This document shows, in pieces, positions 49,654 through 59,342 of a DNA stretch of 64,000 nt. A program made the position numbers and the translations under genes. The notes below the pieces were generated by a model. The model was not told the origin of the DNA and did not search any database. It saw only the letters and a program-made list of their open reading frames with translations. Every line of letters starts with the position of its first letter. Position 1 is the first letter of the stretch. Source of the DNA: Sulfuritalea sp. (lineage in GTDB: Bacteria > Pseudomonadota > Gammaproteobacteria > Burkholderiales > Rhodocyclaceae); NCBI GenBank assembly GCA_044344175.1, contig JBIJDJ010000001.1, positions 114 to 64,113 of the forward strand, written 5' to 3'.

Positions 49654-50416
49654 GGGAAGCTTCCTTGCGTCCGAGGTAGTGGGCTTTCAGTCGCTCGACA
49701 AGCGACAACGGATCGTAGCTGGCGTTCTTGTCGAAGAAATTCCGTCGCCAGCTCTGGTTCCACAGATGAACCCCGTAACTCTCCGGCGGCAGCACGGTCA
49801 TGCCGCTGATCAGCGCGGCCATGTTCCAGAACGGTACCGGGCAAAACAGGTTCGGATTCAGCAGCGCGGTGGTCATGTTGTACTTCTCGATCGCGCCGTG
49901 CAGCAGCAGGGGGCCGGTCGTTGCGGCACTGCCTGCACCGGCGGAACTGCGGGCAAGGTCGAGGCATTCCTGCGCCAGCGGGCTGCCGGGCGGCGCTTTC
50001 ATCACGCAGCCGGAGGCGCGGATGCGCAGCTTGCCCTCGTCGCCGGCCTGCGCCGGAAGCATTTCCGAGGCGAAGAAATAGTCCATCCCGGCGGCGAAAT
50101 CAAGCGGCCGCAGGCACACCACGTCGATGTCGGCCCAGATGCCGCCGCGCTTGTGCAGCAGCGCATAGCTGAACATGTCGGAGAAGCGTACCGGCGCCGG
50201 GCCGCCTGCCGAACTCTGGGTGTCCGCCTGCGCCGGAAGAATTTCCCTGGCATCGCAAATGCGCAGTCCCTTGGGTGCATTCGCCGGCTTGCCATAGCTG
50301 TACAGGTGAACCTCATGACCGTTCTCCAGCCAGGACGTCAGCGCCAGGCGCTCCAGCGCCGAAAGCGGCCCGCCGACCCAGAGCATCTGCACCACAGCAT
50401 GTGCTGCTGCCGCCAT
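49646..50416 (-). CDS. DxD-motif glycosyltransferase (GT32/Gly_transf_sug-like)
   Basis: LWVGGPLSALE, GHEVHLYSY, FSDMFSY..GGIWADID and VHLWN. Confidence 0.8.
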   Translation of the reverse strand: MAAAAHAVVQMLWVGGPLSALERLALTSWLENGHEVHLYSYGKPANAPKGLRICDAREILPAQADTQSSAGGPAPVRFSDMFSYALLHKRGGIWADIDVVCLRPLDFAAGMDYFFASEMLPAQAGDEGKLRIRASGCVMKAPPGSPLAQECLDLARSSAGAGSAATTGPLLLHGAIEKYNMTTALLNPNLFCPVPFWNMAALISGMTVLPPESYGVHLWNQSWRRNFFDKNASYDPLSLVERLKAHYLGRKEASRA

Positions 50417-50417
50417 G

Positions 50418-51095
50418 CTAGCGGGTCTGCCGTTGCAGGATGTTGGAGAACTCTTCCATGAAGCTCTCGAAGCGCACCGCCACGCGATCCACGTCGTGGG
50501 CGAAGCGGTTGTAGGCGATCACCGCCGGGATCGCCGCGAAGAGGCCGATGGCGGTGGCTACCAGCGCTTCCGCAATACCGGGTGCCACGGCCGACAGCGT
50601 CGCCGTGCTCATGTTGGCCAGGCCGCGGAAGGCGTGCATGATGCCCCACACCGTGCCGAACAGGCCGACGTAAGGCGAGACGGAACCGACCGAGGCGAGG
50701 AAGGCCAGGTGCGCTTCGAGATCGTCGATCTCGCGCTGGTAGGTCGCGCGCATCGCGCGCCGCGCGCCGTCGATCACCGCCGTCGGATCGATGATTTTCT
50801 GCCCGCGCAACTTGGTGAATTCGCGGTAGCCGGCTTCGAAAATCCGCTCCAGCGCGCCGGTCTGGTGACGGTTGTTGACGGCGCTCTGGTACAGCGCATT
50901 GAGGTCGCCGCCGCTCCAGAAGTCGCGTTCGAACTTGTCGGTCTTGCTGCGCGCATCGCGAATGGCGAAGGCCTTGCGGAAAATCCAGTACCAGGAGGTC
51001 AGCGACACCAGCGTCAGCAGCATCATCACCAGCTTGACCACCAGGCTGGCGTTGATGACGAGTTCGATGATGGAAAGGTCTTGGGTGATGTTCAT
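50418..51095 (-). CDS. tolQ: TolQ
   Basis: SPYVGLFGTVWGIM and PGIAEALVATAIGL. Confidence 0.96.
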   Translation of the reverse strand: MNITQDLSIIELVINASLVVKLVMMLLTLVSLTSWYWIFRKAFAIRDARSKTDKFERDFWSGGDLNALYQSAVNNRHQTGALERIFEAGYREFTKLRGQKIIDPTAVIDGARRAMRATYQREIDDLEAHLAFLASVGSVSPYVGLFGTVWGIMHAFRGLANMSTATLSAVAPGIAEALVATAIGLFAAIPAVIAYNRFAHDVDRVAVRFESFMEEFSNILQRQTR

Positions 51096-51517
51096 TGCAC
51101 GGCTTTCGTCAGGGCGGCCAACTGGTCATGGATCGGGCGTGGCATCGGGATGGGCTTTCCGCGTAGCGGATCGATGCAGACGACGCGTATTTTCGCATCA
51201 AGCAGCAACTCGGTGTCACGCAGGACGCGCTGGACAAAGGTCATTTGCGCGCGTCCGAGCGACGCCACTTCGGTTTCGACCCGGAGCAAGTCGTCCAGCT
51301 TCGCCGGCTTGAGGAACTCCGCACTGACCGAGCGTACCGCAAAGGCGATGCCTTCCTGCATCAGGATATTCTGGTCATGGCCAAGCGAGCGCAAGAACTC
51401 GGAGCGCCCGCGCTCGATGAAGCGCAGGTAGTTGGCGTAATAGACGATGCCGGCCGCATCGGTGTCTTCGTAATAGACACGGATTGATATTTGATTGATT
51501 CCAAGCGGTGCGTCCAT
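51092..51517 (-). CDS. ybgC: Tol-Pal-associated acyl-CoA thioesterase
   Basis: RVYYEDTDAAGIVYYANYLRF. Confidence 0.94.
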   Translation of the reverse strand: MDAPLGINQISIRVYYEDTDAAGIVYYANYLRFIERGRSEFLRSLGHDQNILMQEGIAFAVRSVSAEFLKPAKLDDLLRVETEVASLGRAQMTFVQRVLRDTELLLDAKIRVVCIDPLRGKPIPMPRPIHDQLAALTKAVQ

Positions 51518-51532
51518 GCAGAAGCTTCCTCG

Positions 51533-52243
51533 CTATGACAAGGCGTCCGCCGGCAGATTATCCGGAAGTGCGCTGCGCAGAACGTATGTGAGCAAACCGC
51601 GGTGAGGAGAACTGATTGCTGCCCGCCAAAGAATGTGCGAGCCAAACAGCAAGTCGTCTATGTCGCGACGATCCGTCTCGCTGTGAAATTCGATATAGGC
51701 AATGCGTGTCTTTTCCAGAAAAGAGCGGGTGCGGGTCAGAATCGGGAGTTCGCAGCCTTCGGTATCCAGCTTGAGAATGTCGATGTCGCGCCCCTGTAGT
51801 ATCTCCTGGAATGCGGAATACGCATCACGCAGCGGAATGGCAATCCGTTCGTCCGATGAATAGTTGTGGTGGAACAGGGATGCCGTGGCCATTCCCTCGC
51901 ACCCGAGGAACATCGTTGCCGTTTCGTCGCATGAGTGGAGCCCGAAGGGATGAACCATGCAATTTCCTATGCGCTGAGCATTGACCTGCAGGTAACTCAG
52001 CGCTGCCGGCGCCGGCTCGAAACAGTGAATTTCCGCATCGGGGCAGGAAAGGCGGAGGTAGGCGGCGGTCAGGCCCACGTTGGCGCCTACATCCACGATG
52101 ACCCTGGCGTCGTGGACGGGTAGCACGGGCAGGTAACAGCGTTCAGTGAATATTTCCAGGACGAGGAAATCCGTCTGCTTGTCGTCCGGCACGGCAAGCG
52201 ACAGGGTCGAAGCGCCGTTGTTCTGGATGTTCAAGGTGGCCAT
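51533..52243 (-). CDS. FkbM-family methyltransferase
   Basis: VDVGANVG, FEP and LKLDTEGCE. Confidence 0.88.
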   Translation of the reverse strand: MATLNIQNNGASTLSLAVPDDKQTDFLVLEIFTERCYLPVLPVHDARVIVDVGANVGLTAAYLRLSCPDAEIHCFEPAPAALSYLQVNAQRIGNCMVHPFGLHSCDETATMFLGCEGMATASLFHHNYSSDERIAIPLRDAYSAFQEILQGRDIDILKLDTEGCELPILTRTRSFLEKTRIAYIEFHSETDRRDIDDLLFGSHILWRAAISSPHRGLLTYVLRSALPDNLPADALS

Positions 52244-52252
52244 CGCGCCGGC

Positions 52253-53113
52253 CTATCGCCTCACGATCGTATCGTTGTTGTCCGGGCCGCGCTTTGGCAT
52301 TCCGATGTCGTGAACCAGCGCGTAACCCGGCCATTCGACCCGGTCGGTAGTCCGGCACAGCGTTACCGGAATCCCGCGCGCGGCCATTTCCGAATTGATG
52401 CCGTCAAAGATCAAGTCGCCGTAAGTATCCATCATCTGCGTATGGCAGAGGCAGGCCTTGTTGAACCCGAGCAGGACGCATGCGAGATCCCTGCCCTCGT
52501 TGTCGAGAAAGGCAAACATCGCACGTGCCAACTGGGGATACAACCCGTTGAATATGTCATCGATCACGATCAATCCGGTGTGTTCCATGAGGCGCCGCGC
52601 CAGGACCAGATCTGCGCGCAGACCGGCGGCAGTGTGCTCGCCATCGACATGGATGTACCGGTAGCGCCGGGCCGGTGGAATCGCCAGCGCCGCTTCCCGC
52701 GCCGTGCCTGAAAAAAGGGTGATGCCGTGCTGTTGAACGCGTTCGCCCAGGACGGCCGCCAAACTTTTTTTCACGTCCTCCTGTCGCGGCCATGAATCGA
52801 GGAGCCACATGTCTTCAGCGGTTCGCAGATGCCGGGCCATGAGAGCAGCGGAGCGACCTTTCCAGACACCGATTTCAAGCAGACCCGTGCCAGGCAGATT
52901 GGCCTTGTCCTGACCGGCCAGAAAGTAGTCCATGAGCGCAGCGGATTCGCGGGACAACCAGCCTTCGATTGCGTCGATCCGCGGCCAGTCGATACAAAAG
53001 TCGTGGGAAGTAAGCATGCAAGGCTCCGGGTTGGGAAACTCAGGAAACGAGGCGACGACCAGGACCGGAAGCGACGGTTCGGCAGGCGATATGTATGCGC
53101 GCCATGGCTTCAA
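52253..53113 (-). CDS. class I SAM-dependent methyltransferase (Methyltransf_24-like)
   Basis: IEGW, LEIGVWKGRS, IHVDGEH and GLIVIDD; start may be the internal MLTSH. Confidence 0.82.
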   Translation of the reverse strand: MKPWRAYISPAEPSLPVLVVASFPEFPNPEPCMLTSHDFCIDWPRIDAIEGWLSRESAALMDYFLAGQDKANLPGTGLLEIGVWKGRSAALMARHLRTAEDMWLLDSWPRQEDVKKSLAAVLGERVQQHGITLFSGTAREAALAIPPARRYRYIHVDGEHTAAGLRADLVLARRLMEHTGLIVIDDIFNGLYPQLARAMFAFLDNEGRDLACVLLGFNKACLCHTQMMDTYGDLIFDGINSEMAARGIPVTLCRTTDRVEWPGYALVHDIGMPKRGPDNNDTIVRR

Positions 53114-53961
53114 ATTCTTTCTATGTAGCGGGCCGCGATGTCTATTGAGTAGACCATTTTTCGATTCAGGTGCCAGTGCTCTATAAGGCCGTTGATGGGC
53201 GGCGGTTTGATCAACTGTCCAGGCAGGTTGATCTCGACAACGGCGGTCGGTTGCCCGGTCTCCGCAGCCTGCCGGACGATGCGCCTGACTTCGCCATACA
53301 AGCTTTGCCGAGTCTCGAGCGGGAGCGGGCCGCCCACCAGGCGGACCAGATCCAGCTTGGCCTGCATATAGAGCATGTTGATGCGGTGCTGCAAAGCGCG
53401 GTCCTTGATCTCGTGGAAGCGCACCCGCGCCGCATCGTCGTGCGGGATTTCCTCGATCAATGAGGCGGAATACGCGGCAGAAATCCGCCCCAGTAGCGCA
53501 AGTCGCGTCATGAGGTCGTCGTCCTCGCCTCCCCAGCCAACGAAGGCCTCATCGTAGCCGCCGACGGTCTCGAAATCCTCTCGACGGCAGATGAACGAGC
53601 CCCAGTTCTGCGGCGTTACGGGCTGGGCGCGGTAGAAGTGACCCGCTTGCAGGCCCGGTATCACCTTGTTTGCAAGGTCCGGCGCCCAAAGGATATCTGC
53701 ATCGAAAAATGCCAGCCAGGGGGAATCTGCGACGCGGGCGCCGAGATTGCGAGCCCGCGCCGCATTGAAACCCGCCTCGCCGGTCACCCGGACCACGGTG
53801 ACTTGGGGGAAATTGGCGACGACCCAATCGGCGGTGTTCTCCGGGCAGCCATAGTCGACCACGACGCAGGCGACGCCGGGCTGATCGACTACGCGTGGCA
53901 ATGTCTGCTTCAGGTGGGCGAGCCGTCCCTTGCACGTGGTGATGTAACAAAGCGCCGCCAT
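53110..53961 (-). CDS. GT2-like glycosyltransferase with galactosyltransferase C-terminal motif
   Basis: TTCKGRLAHL, VVDY, ARNLG, FFDAD and GGYDEAFVGWGGEDDD. Confidence 0.85.
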   Translation of the reverse strand: MAALCYITTCKGRLAHLKQTLPRVVDQPGVACVVVDYGCPENTADWVVANFPQVTVVRVTGEAGFNAARARNLGARVADSPWLAFFDADILWAPDLANKVIPGLQAGHFYRAQPVTPQNWGSFICRREDFETVGGYDEAFVGWGGEDDDLMTRLALLGRISAAYSASLIEEIPHDDAARVRFHEIKDRALQHRINMLYMQAKLDLVRLVGGPLPLETRQSLYGEVRRIVRQAAETGQPTAVVEINLPGQLIKPPPINGLIEHWHLNRKMVYSIDIAARYIERI

Positions 53962-53969
53962 CTATCCGC

Positions 53970-55034
53970 TCACTCCCGCCACAATTCGGCGCTGCCGCCG
54001 GTGCCTGGCACCGACAGCCCGAAGTGTCGCCAGATGCTCGCCGTCGCCACGCGTCCTCGAGGCGTGCGCTGCAGGTAGCCCTGCTGGATCAGGTAGGGTT
54101 CCAGCACGTCCTCAATGGTGTCGCGCGCCTCGCCGATGGCAGCGGCGAGGTTGTCCACCCCGACCGGGCCGCCGCCGAATTTTTCCAGCATCGCGCCGAG
54201 CAGTTTCCTGTCCATCACGTCGAGGCCGAGATGATCGACGTCGAGCATGGTCAGCGCCGCATCGGCTACCGCGCGCGTGATTTTTCCGTCGGCCTTGACC
54301 TCGGCGAAATCCCGCACGCGGCGCAGCAGGCGGTTGGAAATGCGCGGCGTACCGCGCGAACGTTTGGCGATCTCCACCGCACCTTCTTCAACAATGTCGC
54401 AATTCAGCAGATGGGCCGAGCGGCGCACGATGAGGCTGAGTTCTTCCGGGGTGTAGAACTCCAGCCTGGCGACGATGCCGAAGCGGTCGCGCAGCGGGTT
54501 GGTCAGCATGCCGGCGCGCGTCGTGGCGCCGATCAGGGTGAAGGGCGGCAGGTCGAGCTTGACCGAGCGCGCCGAGGGACCTTCGCCGATCATGATGTCG
54601 ATCTGGAAATCCTCCAGCGCGGGGTAGAGGATTTCTTCGACCACGGGAGAGAGACGATGGATCTCGTCGATGAACAGCACGTCGTGCGGTTCGAGGTTGG
54701 TCAGCATGGCGGCCAGATCGCCGGCGCGCTCCAGCACCGGGCCCGAGGTATGGCGCAGATTGACGCCCATCTCGTGGGCAATGATGTGCGCCAGGGTGGT
54801 CTTGCCCAGACCCGGCGGGCCGAACAGCAGCACATGGTCCATCGATTCGGCGCGCCGCTTGGCCGCCTCGATGAAGATTTCGAGCTGGCCGCGGATTTTC
54901 TGCTGGCCGACGTAATCCGCCAGCCGCTTGGGCCGCAGCGCGCGCTCGAGCACGTCTTCCTGCGTCGACTCCCTGCCGGCTGAAATCAGGCGCTCGGGTG
55001 CGGGCTCGGCGAACTTGTCGGTCTGGATGCTCAT
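53970..55034 (-). CDS. ruvB: Holliday junction helicase RuvB
   Basis: [14 protein letters not shown] and SRGTPRI. Confidence 0.97.
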   Translation of the reverse strand: MSIQTDKFAEPAPERLISAGRESTQEDVLERALRPKRLADYVGQQKIRGQLEIFIEAAKRRAESMDHVLLFGPPGLGKTTLAHIIAHEMGVNLRHTSGPVLERAGDLAAMLTNLEPHDVLFIDEIHRLSPVVEEILYPALEDFQIDIMIGEGPSARSVKLDLPPFTLIGATTRAGMLTNPLRDRFGIVARLEFYTPEELSLIVRRSAHLLNCDIVEEGAVEIAKRSRGTPRISNRLLRRVRDFAEVKADGKITRAVADAALTMLDVDHLGLDVMDRKLLGAMLEKFGGGPVGVDNLAAAIGEARDTIEDVLEPYLIQQGYLQRTPRGRVATASIWRHFGLSVPGTGGSAELWRE

Positions 55035-55057
55035 GTGTCGAGTTTAGCCGAGGCGCG

Positions 55058-55654
55058 TCAGGAGGATTTGGAAAGCAGCTTCAAGGCCGCGCGTATGCCG
55101 TCGGAAACGGAAATTTCGGCAGGCAGGCCCTTCATGGCGGTCAGCGCCTCGCGTTCGTTGTAACCGAGCGCCAGCAGGGCGTTCATGATGTCGGACAGGG
55201 CGTCGCTCGCCGTGTCGCCGGCGCCGACTTTTGTGGCTCCGGTCGCCAGCGTCTTCGGCAGCCGGTCGCGCAGTTCCAGCAACAGGCGTTCGGCGGTTTT
55301 CTTGCCGATGCCCGGCACCTTGGTCAGGCGTCCGGCTTCCTGCAGCGTCACCGCCTGCGCCAGTTCCGTCACCGACATGCCCGAGAGCACGGCCAGTGCG
55401 GTTCGCGCGCCGATGCCGGAGATCTTCAGCAACTGGCGGAAGGCAGTGCGCTCGTCCGGCGAGGCAAAGCCGTACAGGTAGTGGCCGTCCTCGCGCACGA
55501 TCAGGTGCGTGTGCAGCGACACTTTCTCGCCGGTGGCCGGCAGGTTATAGAAGGTGCTCATCGGCACATCGACTTCGTAGCCGAGTCCGTGGACATCGAC
55601 GGTGATCGACGGCGGGTTCTTTTCGAGGAGCATTCCGGTGATGCGGCCGATCAT
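55058..55654 (-). CDS. ruvA: Holliday junction branch migration protein RuvA
   Basis: [26 protein letters not shown] and ALLALGY. Confidence 0.97.
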   Translation of the reverse strand: MIGRITGMLLEKNPPSITVDVHGLGYEVDVPMSTFYNLPATGEKVSLHTHLIVREDGHYLYGFASPDERTAFRQLLKISGIGARTALAVLSGMSVTELAQAVTLQEAGRLTKVPGIGKKTAERLLLELRDRLPKTLATGATKVGAGDTASDALSDIMNALLALGYNEREALTAMKGLPAEISVSDGIRAALKLLSKSS

Positions 55655-56985
55655 GACAGTTCTCCGATACCTGCAGCCGGATGGTTGGGATCCAGAAGTT
55701 CTTCAATACGCCGGACAAGATTGCGAATGATCTGTGACTGATCGAAGGCGGCGTACTTGGCGGCAAAGGCTCGTGCGTTGTCGCGATATCCTGCTTTGTT
55801 AAACAGGCTCGCCAATGAGCCGGCAAGATCGCCGGGCGGTAGTTCGGGGTTAACCAGGATACCGGCACCCATATCTACAACGCGCCGCGCCACCATGAAT
55901 TGTTCCAGATGTCCGGGCAGCATTAGCAAGGGCTTTCCTCCGAGCAGGAAGGCTGTGGTGGTTGCGAGGCTGGCATAGGTAATTGCGACATCAGCTTCCC
56001 GGACCATCTGTTCCATATCAGCCGGTTCATCCAGAAATCTGAGATGAGGGGCAGCAAACCGTTCGACCGTGGCCGGTGGCAGACCGGGAGCGAAAACAAG
56101 TGCCGAAATCTCGAGAGAGCGCAAAGCGGCCAGTGCTGCTTCGTGGTGTGGCGATTCCGGGCGCAGATAGGCAAAACAGCGCCCTTGGCCAACGCTTGGC
56201 CATTTCGCCGGTTTCCCCGTGCCAGCACTCGGCAGGCTGCCCCAATAGCTGGCGGGCCCCCGATCAGGGTAGTGATCCAATTCGGGAAAAGTCACCATGG
56301 TTTCCTCGGCAACATCGAAAAGATTGGCGAGACTCGGCAGCGTTTGACAGTCGAACCGAGTCAGTACGGCATTGATGCTGGTCAGCGCCGCCCGGTCAAT
56401 TTCCTGAATTTGCTGCTCTGGAATCGGTGCCCACGGCCTCATGTTGGGAAGCGGGTTGCGTTTGGGTGGAACAGTAAATCCAAATGAGTACTGCATGACC
56501 GGTATTGACAGCGTTCGGGCTGCAAGCAGGGCCGTGGGCGAGTGATCCGCAAGGATCAGGCTTGCTCCGGTTAGTCGCATCATTTCCCGCCAAGCGCCAA
56601 CCAGACCAAACAAGGTTTTTGGGTCCGCGTAGCCGAAGCGCAGAAGTATATCTGCATAGGTTAGTGGCGGTCCCGGACGGCTGGCCTCCGTGGTTGAGGG
56701 CGCGGCCAGCCAGGTGAAGCCATTCTTGGCCAGAAAATCCCCCACGGCCGCGGGTTGGGTGACTGCCCAGTGCACCTCATGACCTGCTTGCCTCAACTCT
56801 CGCGCCAAGGGCATGAACGGGCCTACATGACCCAGGTTCGCGCCGAATTCCCATGCATAAAGAATGGAGTGCCTTCCCCCCTTCCCCCTTCCCTCGGAAG
56901 GGGGTGACGTCGGTTCGGCCGCTGTGTGGCCTCCGGGCGATTGGCTATGCCGCGCTTGGGGCGGCCCGACGCTTGGCACGGCCAT
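55651..56985 (-). CDS. GT-B glycosyltransferase (GT1/GT28-like) with repeat-derived N-terminus
   Basis: [23 protein letters not shown] and [13 protein letters not shown]; TGATG and ATGA overlaps with ruvC and ruvA. Confidence 0.82.
   Translation of the reverse strand: MAVPSVGPPQARHSQSPGGHTAAEPTSPPSEGRGKGGRHSILYAWEFGANLGHVGPFMPLARELRQAGHEVHWAVTQPAAVGDFLAKNGFTWLAAPSTTEASRPGPPLTYADILLRFGYADPKTLFGLVGAWREMMRLTGASLILADHSPTALLAARTLSIPVMQYSFGFTVPPKRNPLPNMRPWAPIPEQQIQEIDRAALTSINAVLTRFDCQTLPSLANLFDVAEETMVTFPELDHYPDRGPASYWGSLPSAGTGKPAKWPSVGQGRCFAYLRPESPHHEAALAALRSLEISALVFAPGLPPATVERFAAPHLRFLDEPADMEQMVREADVAITYASLATTTAFLLGGKPLLMLPGHLEQFMVARRVVDMGAGILVNPELPPGDLAGSLASLFNKAGYRDNARAFAAKYAAFDQSQIIRNLVRRIEELLDPNHPAAGIGELS
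56870..56982 (-). repeat. family-1 structured repeat, copy D, forming the first ~39 codons of the GT gene
   Basis: minus strand GGCCGCCCCAAG..AGCCAAT..CGGAG..GAACCG..GTCACCCCCTTCC-GAG-GGAAGGGGG aligns with copy C. Confidence 0.8.
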
Positions 56986-57530
56986 CAGATCAGTCTCCCG
57001 CCCTTGACCCGGCGTCCGGCAGTGGCCAGCGTACCCATGCCCTGCCCGCCGTGGGCATGCGCAATCGCGCAGGCCAGCGCATCGGCGGCATCGGGACTCG
57101 GATTGCCGGGAAGGGCGAGCAGGCGGGCGACCATGGCCTGCACCTGCTCCTTCGCCGCCTTGCCGTGACCGACCACGGCCTGCTTGACTTGCAGCGCGCT
57201 GTATTCGGCCACCGGCAGGTTCGCCGTGACCAGCGCGGCAATCGCCGCGCCGCGCGCCTGGCCCAGCAGCAGCGTGGATTGCGGGTTGACGTTGACGAAG
57301 ACGATTTCGACCGCGGCCTGCTGCGGAGAGTAGGTAGCGATGATCTCCACCAGTCCGTCGAGGATGGTCTTGATCCGTTCCGGCAGGCTGCCCGCCGCAT
57401 CGGTCTTGATGCAGCCGCTGGCAACATAGGCCAGCTTGTTGCCGGCCTTGTCGACGACCCCAAACCCGGTCGAGCGCAAGCCCGGATCAATGCCGAGGAT
57501 GCGGATGGGTGTCGAGGTCGGGGGTTTCAT
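56985..57530 (-). CDS. ruvC: crossover junction endodeoxyribonuclease
   Basis: [14 protein letters not shown] and DAADALACA. Confidence 0.96.
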   Translation of the reverse strand: MKPPTSTPIRILGIDPGLRSTGFGVVDKAGNKLAYVASGCIKTDAAGSLPERIKTILDGLVEIIATYSPQQAAVEIVFVNVNPQSTLLLGQARGAAIAALVTANLPVAEYSALQVKQAVVGHGKAAKEQVQAMVARLLALPGNPSPDAADALACAIAHAHGGQGMGTLATAGRRVKGGRLI

Positions 57531-57533
57531 GCG

Positions 57534-57669
57534 AAAAACTCGGTTGAACCACAGAGGCACAGAGATCACAGAGAAAAGCGTAGGTGCAAATTGGGTAAAG
57601 GCCGGCCAATCTACAAGACGCAGATTTCTTGCCTTTCTCTGTGCCTCTGTGTCTCTGTGGTGAGGAATT
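57534..57669. mobile_element. family-2 (CACAGAG)3/(CTCTGTG)3 inverted-repeat element, copy 2
   Basis: 33-nt left arm identical to copy 1 and 39-nt right arm with 1 mismatch; unrelated 57-nt core. Confidence 0.8.
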
Positions 57670-57674
57670 TGAAT

Positions 57675-58535
57675 TCATTTCCGCGCAAGATACACGCCCC
57701 ACACGGCGAGCGCCATGCCCGCCAGTGCCATGCCGGCGAGCCGTTCGTCGAACAGGAACCAGGCGATCAGCGCGGTGCTGGGCGGCACCAAGTAGAACAG
57801 GCTGGCGAGATTCACCGCCGTGCCGCGCCGGATCAGCATGTTGAGCAGCGAAATGGCCCCCAGGGAGAGCACCAGCACCAGCCAGCCCAGAGCGAATATG
57901 AAGTCGGGCACCCACTCGACGCGGTAGTTGCCGCTGAGGCCGACAACGATGCCCGTGGCCACGGCGCTGGGCAGGAACTGGGCGATGGCGCCGGTGCGCC
58001 AGTCGAAGCTGGGGCAGAAGCGTTTCTGGTAAAGGGTGCCGGCGGTGATGCCGGCCAGTGCCGCCAGCGCCGGCCACAGCGCATCGAGGCCATAGCCGCT
58101 GCCCAGCTTGCCCGAAACCACCATGGCGACGCCGACAAAGCCGAGCACCAGGCCGAGCCATTGCCGCTTCAGCACCGCTTCGTTCAACAGCCAGCCGGCG
58201 CCGACGGCGGTCAACAGCGGCTGGATGCCGACCACCAGACTGGCCACCCCGGCCGGGAGGCCCTTCGAGATCGACATGAAGACGCCACCGAGATAAATGC
58301 CGTGCACCAGCAGGCCGGCGACACCGATGTGGAACCACTGCCGTGCGTCCCGCGGCCACGGTGCGCGCGTCGCCAGTGCGATCAGCGTCATCAGCGAAAG
58401 CACCAGCAGGTAGCGCACCAGCAGGAAGGAGAGCGGCTCGGCATGCGGCAGGCCATACTTGGCGCCGATAAAGCCGGTGCTCCAGAGCAGGACGAAGAGC
58501 AGCGGGGCGAAGCGGGTCGCGGCGGACGAGGTCAC
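57675..58535 (-). CDS. DMT/EamA family transporter
   Basis: LWSTGFIGAK, about 10 TM helices, YLVPP. Confidence 0.9.
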   Translation of the reverse strand: MTSSAATRFAPLLFVLLWSTGFIGAKYGLPHAEPLSFLLVRYLLVLSLMTLIALATRAPWPRDARQWFHIGVAGLLVHGIYLGGVFMSISKGLPAGVASLVVGIQPLLTAVGAGWLLNEAVLKRQWLGLVLGFVGVAMVVSGKLGSGYGLDALWPALAALAGITAGTLYQKRFCPSFDWRTGAIAQFLPSAVATGIVVGLSGNYRVEWVPDFIFALGWLVLVLSLGAISLLNMLIRRGTAVNLASLFYLVPPSTALIAWFLFDERLAGMALAGMALAVWGVYLARK

Positions 58536-58536
58536 G

Positions 58537-59262
58537 CTATTCGTCGATCGCGGCCGTGGTGTAGACCTCTTGCACGTCGTCGAGGGATTCCAGGGCGTCG
58601 AGCAGCTTCTGCATTTTCAGCGCGTCCTCGCCCTCGAATTCGGTTTCGTTTTGCGGCTTCATCGTCACTTCGCCGAATTCCGGCTTGAAGCCGGCCTTTT
58701 CCAGTGCGTCCTTGACGTTGGCAAAATCGTTGGGCGGGGTGATGACTTCGATCGAGCCATCCTCGTTGGTCACCACATCGTCGGCGCCGGCCTCGATCGC
58801 CGCATCCATCAGCGCGGCCTCGCTGGTGCCCGGCGCGAACAGCATCTGCCCGCAGTGGGTGAACAGAAAGGCGACGCTGCCGTCGGTGCCCATGTTGCCG
58901 CCGTGCTTGGCGAAGGCGTGGCGCACTTCGGCGACGGTGCGTACCTTGTTGTCGGTGAGGCAATCCACCATCACCGCCGCACCGTTGATGCCGTACCCCT
59001 CGTAGCGGATTTCTTCGTAGTTCACGCCTTCGAGTTGCCCGGTGCCGCGCTTGACGGCGCTGTCGATGTTGTCCTTGGGCAGGCTCTGCCCCTTGGCCTT
59101 TTCGATGGCCAGCCGCAGTCGCGGATTGGCGCTGATATCGCCGCCGCCCATCTTCGCCGCGACGGTGATTTCCTTGATCAGCTTGGTGAAGACCTTGCCC
59201 CGCTTGGCGTCCTGGCGCCCCTTGCGATGCTGGATATTGGCCCATTTGGAGTGTCCGGCCAT
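58537..59262 (-). CDS. yebC: YebC/PmpR family protein
   Basis: [15 protein letters not shown] and DDVQEVY. Confidence 0.96.
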   Translation of the reverse strand: MAGHSKWANIQHRKGRQDAKRGKVFTKLIKEITVAAKMGGGDISANPRLRLAIEKAKGQSLPKDNIDSAVKRGTGQLEGVNYEEIRYEGYGINGAAVMVDCLTDNKVRTVAEVRHAFAKHGGNMGTDGSVAFLFTHCGQMLFAPGTSEAALMDAAIEAGADDVVTNEDGSIEVITPPNDFANVKDALEKAGFKPEFGEVTMKPQNETEFEGEDALKMQKLLDALESLDDVQEVYTTAAIDE

Positions 59263-59342
59263 AGTGGTTTCCCTGGTTGCGCGGGTTTGCCGCGATGTTG
59301 TAATTTAGAATTGCAAATTTTAGCATCCCGGGAATCCCCGCC

